From a virus, in IMG/VR virus record IMGVR_UViG_3300025646_008465, positions 1 through 64,000 of that record: DNA of 64,000 nt; one strand, given 5' to 3'. The position numbers and the translations under genes are program-made. The notes beneath the pieces are model-generated. The model was not told the origin of the DNA, ran no database searches, and worked only from the letters and a program-made list of their open reading frames with translations. Shown here piece after piece: positions 25,971-35,445 of the stretch. The first letter of the stretch is position 1, and the number at the start of each line of letters is the position of its first letter.

Positions 25971-27680
25971 TTAACCATCACAAGACACACAATCTACAGT
26001 TCTTGAACCAAGATCTCCTTTAATTACTGAATCAGTGCGCAAATAATAAAGTGTTTTTATTCCTAACTTCCATGCTTCTAAGTGAACCTGATTAATCCAT
26101 CTTGGTGAGTCTGTAGGATCAAAACTTAAATTTAATGATTGGGTTTGATCAATATACTGTTGACGAATAGCTGCCTGTTGAACTAAGGCTAATTGATTAA
26201 TTTCGGGGAATGTTAAGAAAATTTCTTTTTCATCCTCTGTTAAAATATCATTAGATAAATTTTGCACTGAGCCATTGTCGGCTAAGATTTGGTCCCATAC
26301 TTTACTATTGTTTTTACCTTTAGCTTCTAATACGGTTTCTAATTCAGGATTTTTAACAATAAATGTTCCTTTAGCACCATTAAACACATAAACGTTTGCT
26401 GGTTGGGGTTCAATACCGGCTGAACATGAATTGATGCGTGAGTTAGATACAGTAGGAGCAATAGCTAACAGGTGTGTATTACGCATACCCGTTCCTTTAC
26501 ACCAAAGTGGCTCACCATATTCAATTGCTAGTTTACGTGAAGCAGCATCAGCTTGTACTTTAATTTGGCTAAAAATAGTATGTGTCCAAGCTGTTGAAGC
26601 AATTGAGTTAAATGGTAAGTTTTTCTGTTGTAGAAAAGTATGCCAACCCATTACACCCAAACCAAGTGCACGACCTTTTTTAGCATGGCGATGCGAGCGA
26701 ATCATTGAATCTTTACCATTAGTTTTTTCAATAAATTCTTCCATAATACCATCAAGGAAGTAAACAGCAGTTTCAACTAAATCAGTGTTCTTCCACTCAT
26801 CATACTTAGCTAGGTTAAGTGAAGATAAACAACAAATAAATGAATGTTCCTCATCTGTATGAAGAGTAATTTCAGTACAGATGTTAGTCATAGAAACATT
26901 TAGGTTATTCATTCTATAACCAAGAGGGTTATCTTTATTTACATTATCTTTAAACATAATGTAAGGTTCACCTGTTTCAACACGTGATTTAAGAATCTCT
27001 AACCACAAAGACATAGCTTCGCTATCTCGGTCTTGAAGGCGATTCATAAACTTATCATCAACAACTACACATTGGTGTAGATTCAAACATTGTCTATTTG
27101 GATCACCTTTAGGACGACGAATTTGCAAAAATTCATGTATATCAGGATGATTAATGTCTAGGTTTACAGATGCTGCTCCTCTACGTACTGAACCTTGGTT
27201 GGTTGCAATAATTGTAGAATCATAAATTTTAGCCCAAGGTACTACGCCTTCTGATTTGCCGTTTCCTCTAATAGGTTCTCCTCTACCTCTAATTTTAGAA
27301 AGTGAGATGCCAACACCACCACCATAGGACGTAAGTCGCATAAGTTCAGCATTGGTAAGACCAATTCCCCTAATCGAATCAGGAGTATCGATGCCAAAAC
27401 AAGAGATGGGAAGGCCCCTATCAGTACCAGTGTTAGATAAAACAGGACTTGCCAAACCGATCCACCCATTCCAAATGTATTTAAAAAATTTATTTTCTAA
27501 ATCAGGACGATTTAAACGCATTGCTACTGCATGAGCAACTCGTCTATATGCCTTACGAGGAGTTTCCCCGGGCAATAAATACCCTTTAGAAATAGTAGAC
27601 AAAGCTACTTCATCCATGTACTCTGGGAAGTCTTTACCACGTTCCCAAGTTGTGTAATCTGCTATTAAATTATTGTCCAT
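25971..27680 (-). CDS. nrdA: Class I ribonucleotide reductase alpha subunit (compact, no ATP cone)
   Basis: ISCF, GGGVG, NICTE, LAIAPT, KTLYY and C-terminal CVSC. Confidence 0.95.
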   Translation of the reverse strand: MDNNLIADYTTWERGKDFPEYMDEVALSTISKGYLLPGETPRKAYRRVAHAVAMRLNRPDLENKFFKYIWNGWIGLASPVLSNTGTDRGLPISCFGIDTPDSIRGIGLTNAELMRLTSYGGGVGISLSKIRGRGEPIRGNGKSEGVVPWAKIYDSTIIATNQGSVRRGAASVNLDINHPDIHEFLQIRRPKGDPNRQCLNLHQCVVVDDKFMNRLQDRDSEAMSLWLEILKSRVETGEPYIMFKDNVNKDNPLGYRMNNLNVSMTNICTEITLHTDEEHSFICCLSSLNLAKYDEWKNTDLVETAVYFLDGIMEEFIEKTNGKDSMIRSHRHAKKGRALGLGVMGWHTFLQQKNLPFNSIASTAWTHTIFSQIKVQADAASRKLAIEYGEPLWCKGTGMRNTHLLAIAPTVSNSRINSCSAGIEPQPANVYVFNGAKGTFIVKNPELETVLEAKGKNNSKVWDQILADNGSVQNLSNDILTEDEKEIFLTFPEINQLALVQQAAIRQQYIDQTQSLNLSFDPTDSPRWINQVHLEAWKLGIKTLYYLRTDSVIKGDLGSRTVDCVSCDG

Positions 27681-27683
27681 AAA

Positions 27684-28673
27684 TTAAAAAATTGCGGCGG
27701 CGTCCCATTCCATGTGACCCTTTGAATAGTTAGTAACACGATTTGCAAAAAAGTCGGTATGTTGTTTACCTGCTGATAAAGCATCAAACCACTTCATTCT
27801 ATCAACTGCTGTTAAATCAACATCAGTAATAATTGGTCTATAACCTAAGTCACCCAATTTTGTATTTACTCGGTTTTTAATAAAGTTTTGCAAGTCGTAC
27901 TTATTACATTGTTCTAAATCACCAAGTTCATAAACTTTGTTAATAAAATCAAGTTCAAGTTTAAGAGATAGTAAAGCTGCTTCATTAATTGCTGCTTCTA
28001 ATTCTGGGGTTTTTACTTCGGGGTGCTCATTAATTAAAGTTCTAAATAACCAACAACCTGCTTCGGAGTGCATTGATTCGTCTCTAATAGACCATTCAAC
28101 AATTTGACCTACACCCTTAAGTTTATTTTGCATCTTGAATGATAATAATACGGCAAATGAACTAAACAAATTTACACCTTCAGTAAATGCTGAAAAGATG
28201 GCAAGTGATTTAGCGATTTCATGAATATTTTTTTCACCATTAAAACTGTCTCTAACTGTAGTAAGAGCTTCAATTTTTGCCATTGTAGCTTCATCTTCAA
28301 GAAACTCATCAAAGTTTTCAAGTCCTAAGGTTTCATTTAATAAAGAATATGCTTCAGCGTGGATTGTTTCAAATGCGCCGAAAGTAGTAGCCATCATTAT
28401 CACCTCAGGTTTACGAAACCATTTAGTTACCAACCCAGACCAGTAATCATTAACAATTGTTTCAGTTTGAGCAAATCCTTTTAGGATTGAACCCACAATA
28501 TTTTTTTCAGTTTCATTTAAATTTTGTTTCCAATCATTTAAATCACTCATCATTGGTACTTCTGTATGTAACCAGTGTGCTTGTTGTTGTTTTAGCCAAT
28601 ACTCATATGCTTCTTGATATTCAAATGGTTTGTAAACAATGCGTTCTTGCAATAAAGATTTCTTTTTTGCCAT
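27684..28673 (-). CDS. nrdB: Ribonucleotide reductase beta subunit
   Basis: ETIHAEAY, EG..LFSSF, RDESMH and DFF motifs. Confidence 0.95.
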   Translation of the reverse strand: MAKKKSLLQERIVYKPFEYQEAYEYWLKQQQAHWLHTEVPMMSDLNDWKQNLNETEKNIVGSILKGFAQTETIVNDYWSGLVTKWFRKPEVIMMATTFGAFETIHAEAYSLLNETLGLENFDEFLEDEATMAKIEALTTVRDSFNGEKNIHEIAKSLAIFSAFTEGVNLFSSFAVLLSFKMQNKLKGVGQIVEWSIRDESMHSEAGCWLFRTLINEHPEVKTPELEAAINEAALLSLKLELDFINKVYELGDLEQCNKYDLQNFIKNRVNTKLGDLGYRPIITDVDLTAVDRMKWFDALSAGKQHTDFFANRVTNYSKGHMEWDAAAIF

Positions 28674-28694
28674 TTTTAGTTTAATGTTAATAAG

Positions 28695-30056
28695 TTATGA
28701 ATTTAATTCAAAAAATTTGTTAGCCAACAACTTCTTATCAAAGTTATCAAAAGAGTCGTAACTATTTGAGTTAGAACTAGGAGTTGATTCTTCATCATTA
28801 TCAGGTGCGTCTGTAATTTCGAAATGCCCGGTAGAAGTGTCTGCATTTAAATAGAACGTTAAGCCGTCCATACCATACCTGTTTTTCATAATGTGGAATC
28901 TACCTGTGTTCTTCACTTTATCTTCTTTTTTACGTGAAAGAGATATAGCCACATCGGTAATCATGATTTTATCATAAGAACCGGCCGCTTTATCACCTTC
29001 AATTACGTCATCTTTTGCACCAGCTCGATTTACCTGTGAAACACTCCAAATAGGAACATTTAACTCACGTGCTAAACCTTTAGTGCTAATATAAATATCA
29101 TCCAGTTCTCCCTTACGGTCTATAGTTCTTTTTCTTGTTGAAAGAAGGTCAACATAGTCAATAATTACTAGGTCAGGTTTAATACCTAAGTCAATTAATT
29201 TATTAATATGAGATTCAATCGTTGAAATTGTTGCTTTACCTGTAGGGAATTCTTTAATTACAAGTTCACCAGGTAGTTGGGGAATAACTTCGTCAACTTT
29301 ACTTCGGTTTTCTGTAATTTTATTTACTGGTGTTTTAGTGAAGAAAGCATCATAGCGACGACCTACATAATCTTCACCTAACTCGAGTGTATAATGCACT
29401 ACGTTAAATCCTAAACGCACAGCATAACCACCCAATGCAACTAGTGACCAAGACTTACCACCTCCTGGATTACCAAATATGAGACCAAAATCTCCATTTC
29501 CCAATCCGCCTTGGAGTAAGTCATTAATAGTTTCCCAAGGTGTTGGGATAACGATTCGGTGATCTTCTCTATAACGAGATTCAATGTCTTTATTATATTC
29601 ATGTCCTACATTTTTATCTTGACCTGCTTTCATTGCTGACTCAATCATGAATTTGATAGAATCATAATCTCCAGCTTTAAGTAAATCTACACTACTAAGT
29701 AATGCTTTTTTTAATTGTTGATTTTTGCAAAATGTAGAAAATTCTTCTTGCACATAAGCCAAATCATCTTCAGATGCTTGATATGCCTCACGTAGTTGTT
29801 CTTTAACAGCTACTTTAAGTACTTCATTTTCTACTTTCTTTAATTCTACCTTCAAAATATCCATTGAAGGTGTTGTATGGTATTTTTCGTAATACTTAAG
29901 AATTTCCTTAATAATCCATTTATGAGCTTGATTGTCCCAATACTCATCACTGATAATATCATGGATATTAACAAGGAATTCTTTGTGTGTAAGCAATGAT
30001 GAAATTACCTTAATTTGAAAGGCAGGCCCATATTGCTGGAGATTTACTAATGTCAT
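28695..30056 (-). CDS. Replicative SF4 helicase (DnaB/gp41-like)
   Basis: GNPGGGKS, YTLEL, IIDYVDL, SQVNR and KNRYG motifs. Confidence 0.93.
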   Translation of the reverse strand: MTLVNLQQYGPAFQIKVISSLLTHKEFLVNIHDIISDEYWDNQAHKWIIKEILKYYEKYHTTPSMDILKVELKKVENEVLKVAVKEQLREAYQASEDDLAYVQEEFSTFCKNQQLKKALLSSVDLLKAGDYDSIKFMIESAMKAGQDKNVGHEYNKDIESRYREDHRIVIPTPWETINDLLQGGLGNGDFGLIFGNPGGGKSWSLVALGGYAVRLGFNVVHYTLELGEDYVGRRYDAFFTKTPVNKITENRSKVDEVIPQLPGELVIKEFPTGKATISTIESHINKLIDLGIKPDLVIIDYVDLLSTRKRTIDRKGELDDIYISTKGLARELNVPIWSVSQVNRAGAKDDVIEGDKAAGSYDKIMITDVAISLSRKKEDKVKNTGRFHIMKNRYGMDGLTFYLNADTSTGHFEITDAPDNDEESTPSSNSNSYDSFDNFDKKLLANKFFELNS

Positions 30057-30061
30057 ATAAC

Positions 30062-31096
30062 TTATTTATTATAACTGGTTAATGGTTCAAATATATCTTT
30101 TACCCAAAATTCTACGTTGCGAATCATACCTCCGAGTTTATCTTCGTTATAAAACGCTACGAACTGGTCGGGAAGATAATTTAAACTTTTGGATTGGACA
30201 ACCTGATTGATGTATTTTTTATCATTTTCATCAATCATAGGATTTGACAAATCCATAATCTTGTAATTTTTTTCTAACGCATCAATGTCTTGAATAATGC
30301 GAGCATACACTACGTGTTCTTTAAATTTAGATTCACAAATATTGTAAATGTCATCTAAAGTAACATCTTGTTGAGTTAATTCAGGGAATAATTTGGTAAG
30401 CTTTTTCTCACCTAATCCTTTAATACCTTTTACTTTATCAGAATTATCACCTAAAAGTGTTTTATAAATAATAAAGTTTTTAGGGGACATACCAAATTTT
30501 TCCTTTACAGTTTCTTCAGTATAGAATTCACGCTCCATAGGACGATAAACAATTACGTTTTTGTTTATTAATTGGAGGAAATCCTTATCGGAAGAAACAA
30601 TAAATACTTTATCTTCTTCTCGTTGTGGTAAAACTTCACTCAAACGAGCAATAATATCATCTGCTTCTACCTTATCGATTGAAATAGTTTTAACTGGTAG
30701 AGTTTTGAGATATTGAATTACACGAACAATTTGATCTATTTTAGCATCATCTTCATCATCATGACTTTCAAATACCTCCCAGTTAGTAATACGTTGAGTA
30801 TTTCTACCTGATTTATACTCGGGAAGAAGGTTCTTCCTATTATTGGAAGAACCCGCTCCATCGAATACAACATAAACACTAGTTGGTTGGATTTGACGAA
30901 TCAAAGCACCTAATGAACGCATGAATCCACCTAAACCCCCAACGTGAACCCCATCGGGATTCACCGCATTAAGCATGGCAAAGTTTCTGAAGAATAAGTT
31001 TAATCCATCTATCAATAATACTCTTTGTGATTCTACAGTCTCTTGGCCCTGCTCGTCAAGGTTGTTGAGGAGCTTAAGTAATTCTTTTTTGTTCAT
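30062..31096 (-). CDS. 5'-3' exonuclease / RNase H (PolI N-terminal-like)
   Basis: LIDG.N, VVFDG, YKSGR, EADD, SSDKD and LGDNSD..KGIKGLG motifs. Likely start at 31096. Confidence 0.93.
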   Translation of the reverse strand: MNKKELLKLLNNLDEQGQETVESQRVLLIDGLNLFFRNFAMLNAVNPDGVHVGGLGGFMRSLGALIRQIQPTSVYVVFDGAGSSNNRKNLLPEYKSGRNTQRITNWEVFESHDDEDDAKIDQIVRVIQYLKTLPVKTISIDKVEADDIIARLSEVLPQREEDKVFIVSSDKDFLQLINKNVIVYRPMEREFYTEETVKEKFGMSPKNFIIYKTLLGDNSDKVKGIKGLGEKKLTKLFPELTQQDVTLDDIYNICESKFKEHVVYARIIQDIDALEKNYKIMDLSNPMIDENDKKYINQVVQSKSLNYLPDQFVAFYNEDKLGGMIRNVEFWVKDIFEPLTSYNK

Positions 31097-31097
31097 C

Positions 31098-32180
31098 TTA
31101 TTCTGGTTCGTTTTCGTATGAGGTAATATCTGTGTATTCTTGATCCTCTTCAACAATGTTGAAATCTACACCTCCTAGAATGCTTTTCCAAGCATCTGCA
31201 TGAGAGTCTTTGTAATTTTTCAATGCTTTATCTGTATCTTCAATAAAGCCATGAGGAGTCATGATGATTTTACCTCGAGTAGTAACGCCATTAATGTGGT
31301 TTTTGTCGATTTGAATATTTGTACGTTTTGCAAATTCGACTTGTTTACCATCTTTAATAGCTTTAATTTTTGATGTTCCTGCTGACATCACATTACCAAA
31401 TGTAACAACAAATGTTGCATCAAACCACATAGCATAACCTCCTTTATTCATCAACTTGGGTTGACCCATTGGAGATTCCGGTTTTAGAGTCCATACCTTA
31501 TTAATACACACAAGGGTATTGGTGTATGGGCTACTTTCCTTACGAGACATTACTATGCGCTGATTAACGTTGTTACCAAATTGGGTTGACATAGCACCTG
31601 CGTTCCATTCATTGTTATTTTTGTTTGAACGAACGGATAATTCACAAGGAACCGAACCAATTGAATCCCACAAGAATAGCAAGTTATAAGGCAAATTACC
31701 TTTTTTCTGCTCATCAAGCAAATCAAGGATAAATGCGGCTACGTCTTCAATAGTATTAATAGTTTCACGGTCAACGTAAATAAAGCTACCATTGTAATCT
31801 ATAATTTCACCTGTAGATTCATCTACAACTTCATTTACTTCTAACCCCATTTGGACGGCATGCTCCCAGTTCCATTTCATCTCAGTGATAATGAATACAG
31901 GAAGAATACCTCGCTTCTGGGCTGATACGGCTGCTTCAATCAAAGCAGTTGTTTTACCCGTATCAGAATGCCCACGAAGCAATACAATGTGACCTTGAGG
32001 AATACCTGGAACCGAAGTAGTTTCTTGGTATGCTTCCGAAAGTGGAATCCAGGTTTGTTCTTTAAACTTAGCTTTTGATGTAAGTCCTTTCTTATTCTTA
32101 AAGCTATCTAAGTTAAAATTCGCTTTAATTTCAGAGGAGACTGCCTCCGATAAGGACTTGGATGTTTTTCCTCTTGCCAT
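31098..32180 (-). CDS. RecA/UvsX-like recombinase
   Basis: GIPQG, Walker A GHSDTGKT, WDSIG, KGG and KNH motifs. Confidence 0.9.
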   Translation of the reverse strand: MARGKTSKSLSEAVSSEIKANFNLDSFKNKKGLTSKAKFKEQTWIPLSEAYQETTSVPGIPQGHIVLLRGHSDTGKTTALIEAAVSAQKRGILPVFIITEMKWNWEHAVQMGLEVNEVVDESTGEIIDYNGSFIYVDRETINTIEDVAAFILDLLDEQKKGNLPYNLLFLWDSIGSVPCELSVRSNKNNNEWNAGAMSTQFGNNVNQRIVMSRKESSPYTNTLVCINKVWTLKPESPMGQPKLMNKGGYAMWFDATFVVTFGNVMSAGTSKIKAIKDGKQVEFAKRTNIQIDKNHINGVTTRGKIIMTPHGFIEDTDKALKNYKDSHADAWKSILGGVDFNIVEEDQEYTDITSYENEPE

Positions 32181-32190
32181 GTGTTGTTAA

Positions 32191-33030
32191 TTAAAATGGT
32201 AAATCGTCGTCTTCTTCTCCAAACAAATCATCAAATTGATCTGTCTTTGATTTTTTAACAACAGGTTTAGCACTAAGTGAATAATTTGATTTAGGTGCTT
32301 CTTTAATATCTGAATCAAAATCTTCAGCAGGTTCAGAAACGATATCACCTTCTTCAGAATCTTCAGGCGACAACCACTCTTGAAGTGCACTCTTCATCTC
32401 ATCATAAGACAAGGGCTTAAATACTTTTTTAGGATCAGGTTGATCATTCAACAATTTTTCAACCAATGCTTCATCATCCGAAAGTTGAGAAGTTTTCATT
32501 GAGGGAGCAATAGTAGTTTTGTTGTAAGGAGTACCAGTAGATTCAGGACCTACAGTATTCAACTTAATATCACGACCATTCAAGATATCAGTAAAATCAC
32601 CTACTTCTTCATCAGCAGCCATCTGCAAAAATGCTTCGTAAATTTCTTTACCAAACTGCCACAATTTAACACCTTCAGATTCTTCACCACGCACTACTAT
32701 AGGTGCGAATACACGGGTTTTAGCATCCAATTTTTTAGCCAAACGCCAGTTGTCTTTATCATCTGATTGACGCAATTGTTTAGCAAATTCTTTAATTGGA
32801 TCTTTTTCACCCCAGTTTGTAGGTGAAGACATTACCTTTTTAGAACCAATTCCATAATAGAATTGCATTTCGGTAAAGGGGTTTGCGGAGTTGTACTTGA
32901 AAGGTACAATGCGGATGGTTTGTTTACCAACCGAGGGTTTCCAGAACAATTGTTTTCCATCGCCTTTGCTCTGTCCGTTAGATGCGTTTTGCATCTGATT
33001 AAGGCGCGCTTTGATTTCGTTCAAATCCAT
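32191..33030 (-). CDS. Single-stranded DNA-binding protein (gp32-like)
   Basis: FWKP..G...IRIVP, GVKLWQFGK, D...GRD and an acidic tail ending DDDLPF; located next to the recombinase. Confidence 0.85.
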   Translation of the reverse strand: MDLNEIKARLNQMQNASNGQSKGDGKQLFWKPSVGKQTIRIVPFKYNSANPFTEMQFYYGIGSKKVMSSPTNWGEKDPIKEFAKQLRQSDDKDNWRLAKKLDAKTRVFAPIVVRGEESEGVKLWQFGKEIYEAFLQMAADEEVGDFTDILNGRDIKLNTVGPESTGTPYNKTTIAPSMKTSQLSDDEALVEKLLNDQPDPKKVFKPLSYDEMKSALQEWLSPEDSEEGDIVSEPAEDFDSDIKEAPKSNYSLSAKPVVKKSKTDQFDDLFGEEDDDLPF

Positions 33031-33052
33031 AATAACTAATTTTTAATGTAAC

Positions 33053-33084
33053 TAAATATAATAACCTTTGGTATAATCACCAAA
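33053..33084 (-). promoter_or_regulatory. Bacteroidota-type promoter for the SSB-recombinase-helicase-RNR operon
   Basis: TTTG-N20-TATATTTA on the minus strand. Confidence 0.65.
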
Positions 33085-33555
33085 TTAAAGTTCAATAATC
33101 TTGAAAATCTTTGTATTCAATTGCTTTAATTCGTTGTGCTGAGTGAGTAGAATACAATTTTTGTAGTGTTGCCAGTCAATTTTATAACGTGTGTCAACTA
33201 CACCACCATTCAATCCCTTAATTAATTCATTTAAGGCATTAATAGTATAAAGAGTATTTGTGTCTTTTTTACGATGTACTAAAATTGTGTTTTCAGGGAT
33301 ATTATTCACATTACCTTGATCAACATTATATGTAACAACATACTCGTTATTGCTCTTAACGTGCAAAACAAACATTTTGTTATACATGATGCTATAACGT
33401 GAAGATAAATCATTAACCAATGCATCCATGTCCTCCAAAGACGTAAAGGTGCAAAATAACTTGTTGTTCAAATCTATAATATTTTCGGGTTGTTCAAAAT
33501 CGTATTGTCCCGAATACATATAATTAACTTCTTGTAAAGTCATAAGTGTCTCCAT
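33085..33555 (-). CDS. Hypothetical protein in the replication module
   Basis: 156 aa ORF between the PolA-like and SSB genes. Confidence 0.7.
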   Translation of the reverse strand: METLMTLQEVNYMYSGQYDFEQPENIIDLNNKLFCTFTSLEDMDALVNDLSSRYSIMYNKMFVLHVKSNNEYVVTYNVDQGNVNNIPENTILVHRKKDTNTLYTINALNELIKGLNGGVVDTRYKIDWQHYKNCILLTQHNELKQLNTKIFKIIEL

Positions 33556-34798
33556 AACTAATTTTTGTGCTCAATTCAAAGCTTTCTATAATTTTTTTAA
33601 TTTCTTTTAATAAATGTTTTTCTTCCTCAGCATAATCAAACAAAAAAGCATCGTAAGTATACAACACGAGTTTTGTTTTTTTACCTCGTAAAAATTTAAG
33701 TATTTCCCACAATATAAGAACGTTTGTGGACGTTTCCAAGTTTTGTAGTACGTAGTTAAATAACTTTTGCGGCTTCATATCTTCGGTGTTTTCTTTCCTA
33801 AGTATATACTTTGATTGAGGCATTTCAATCCAACCTTGGTATTGAAAAGTGTCCCACAAATCATCAGTATACGCTTGTACTTTCCTAAAAAATTCCAGGT
33901 TTTTATACTGTTCGAAAACTCCTCCGTATAGTTGTTTAAATGTTAATTCTTTAGCTTTTTTGTAATCCACCCCGTACATTGTTGCGAAGTCCATATGAAT
34001 ATCTTTATTGCCAAACGAATAACCAACAAGACGAGCAGCCAAGGTAGGGTGGTAAGCAGAAACATCAAACTCGATAAGTCCATCATTACGCGCAATAAAC
34101 GATCCCCTACATCCATTTTCTTTGTTGAGGGCAGCAAAATTGACTCCTCCAAAGCTGTTTGAGGGTCTAGTGGTAAGGGTTTTGAGATTATATTGGGTGT
34201 AAACATACTCCCCCTCAACCTTGTGAAAAAACGTTTCATATACTTCTTTATTTATTTTAAGTCCATTGGCTTCAATAGCGGAAAACACAATTGAACTTTT
34301 TTTGTTAAACCATTGACAATAATCGTCTTGGCATTTTATATTAAATACATTTAGATCTTGAAAAATCGACTCACAATATTCATAGTGTTTTACAATAGGC
34401 ACTAATCGGTTTGGAGCCGCATGATCTAAATTGTTTTTATAGATCCATTTATGGGCGAACGTTAGTTCTGGTATATATGTATTATATGTGGGTTGAATGT
34501 CAAAGAGAGCTTTAAGCGGTAAGTATTGTAATACCGATTTTTTATCCCTCACATATATTTTTTCAATTTTGCTTAATGTCTCTGTTACTTGTTGTATATC
34601 AAGCGATAGCGCCTCACTATGATCGAGGCACATCATGTATCCCTTACTCGCGTTTATAGGGCGTACATACAACGTAGAAACGCTATCGAGGATTGGGTGG
34701 GTGTTGAAATTATGAGGTATAACCTCTAAAAACACTTCTTTAAAACCTCGACAGTCGAATTCCCTCAGTTGTTCACTATCTTCTATTAACCAAAACAT
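33524..34798 (-). CDS. Minimal, divergent family A DNA polymerase
   Basis: T.T.RPS, motif A FDVSAYHP.L, DIH, motif B AKELTFKQLYG, NY..Q..E and motif C LYTYDAFLFD. Confidence 0.8.
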   Translation of the reverse strand: MFWLIEDSEQLREFDCRGFKEVFLEVIPHNFNTHPILDSVSTLYVRPINASKGYMMCLDHSEALSLDIQQVTETLSKIEKIYVRDKKSVLQYLPLKALFDIQPTYNTYIPELTFAHKWIYKNNLDHAAPNRLVPIVKHYEYCESIFQDLNVFNIKCQDDYCQWFNKKSSIVFSAIEANGLKINKEVYETFFHKVEGEYVYTQYNLKTLTTRPSNSFGGVNFAALNKENGCRGSFIARNDGLIEFDVSAYHPTLAARLVGYSFGNKDIHMDFATMYGVDYKKAKELTFKQLYGGVFEQYKNLEFFRKVQAYTDDLWDTFQYQGWIEMPQSKYILRKENTEDMKPQKLFNYVLQNLETSTNVLILWEILKFLRGKKTKLVLYTYDAFLFDYAEEEKHLLKEIKKIIESFELSTKISYGDTYDFTRS

Positions 34799-34827
34799 TT
34801 ACTTAAATATACAAAACCTTTTTTGGA

Positions 34828-35439
34828 TTACCCCGCTCTATAGAACTCTGTGTAATTTGAGAAGTATTCAGTAAAAGCAGTGTAACCTATTTTTTTCTCG
34901 TAATATTCTACTAGATTGTAATTTTGTTCAGAAACGTAAGTTTCATCACCCCCGCTAATAACCCAATCTAATTTAAAAATTTTATATAAATTAAACTCGT
35001 AATCAGGATTATATGATTTTAAATCATTAAAAGTATCTTTACTAATTTCAATATAGATGTTTCTATTTGATTGTTTAGCAAAATATCTTGTATAGAATCC
35101 ATCTAAATAATCTTCACTAGTAGGAATATTTAAATAATATTGAGGTGTTTTAAATGTTGGGGGGTTATTAACATCAATGTTTTTGGCTTGAAAATATCCT
35201 AAAACTTCAGGTGATAAATCTTCAGTACTAGTTTTAATATTAAAATTTGAATCAGCAGTTTTAGAAGAAGTAATAGGAGATAAAATTATAGAAGTTCTAT
35301 CTTGGGGTCCTACACCACTGTGAATTTTACCATCTGAACTTTTCCAGTATTGTCCTACATAAGGAATACCCTTTGGAGTTTCATATTCATCTCCATTAGT
35401 GTATAAATTAGTTTTTATTTGGGACTTAGGATAATACAT
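34828..35439 (-). CDS. Hypothetical tail or baseplate-region protein
   Basis: 203 aa; last gene of the tail operon. Confidence 0.6.
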   Translation of the reverse strand: MYYPKSQIKTNLYTNGDEYETPKGIPYVGQYWKSSDGKIHSGVGPQDRTSIILSPITSSKTADSNFNIKTSTEDLSPEVLGYFQAKNIDVNNPPTFKTPQYYLNIPTSEDYLDGFYTRYFAKQSNRNIYIEISKDTFNDLKSYNPDYEFNLYKIFKLDWVISGGDETYVSEQNYNLVEYYEKKIGYTAFTEYFSNYTEFYRAG

Positions 35440-35445
35440 AATTTA

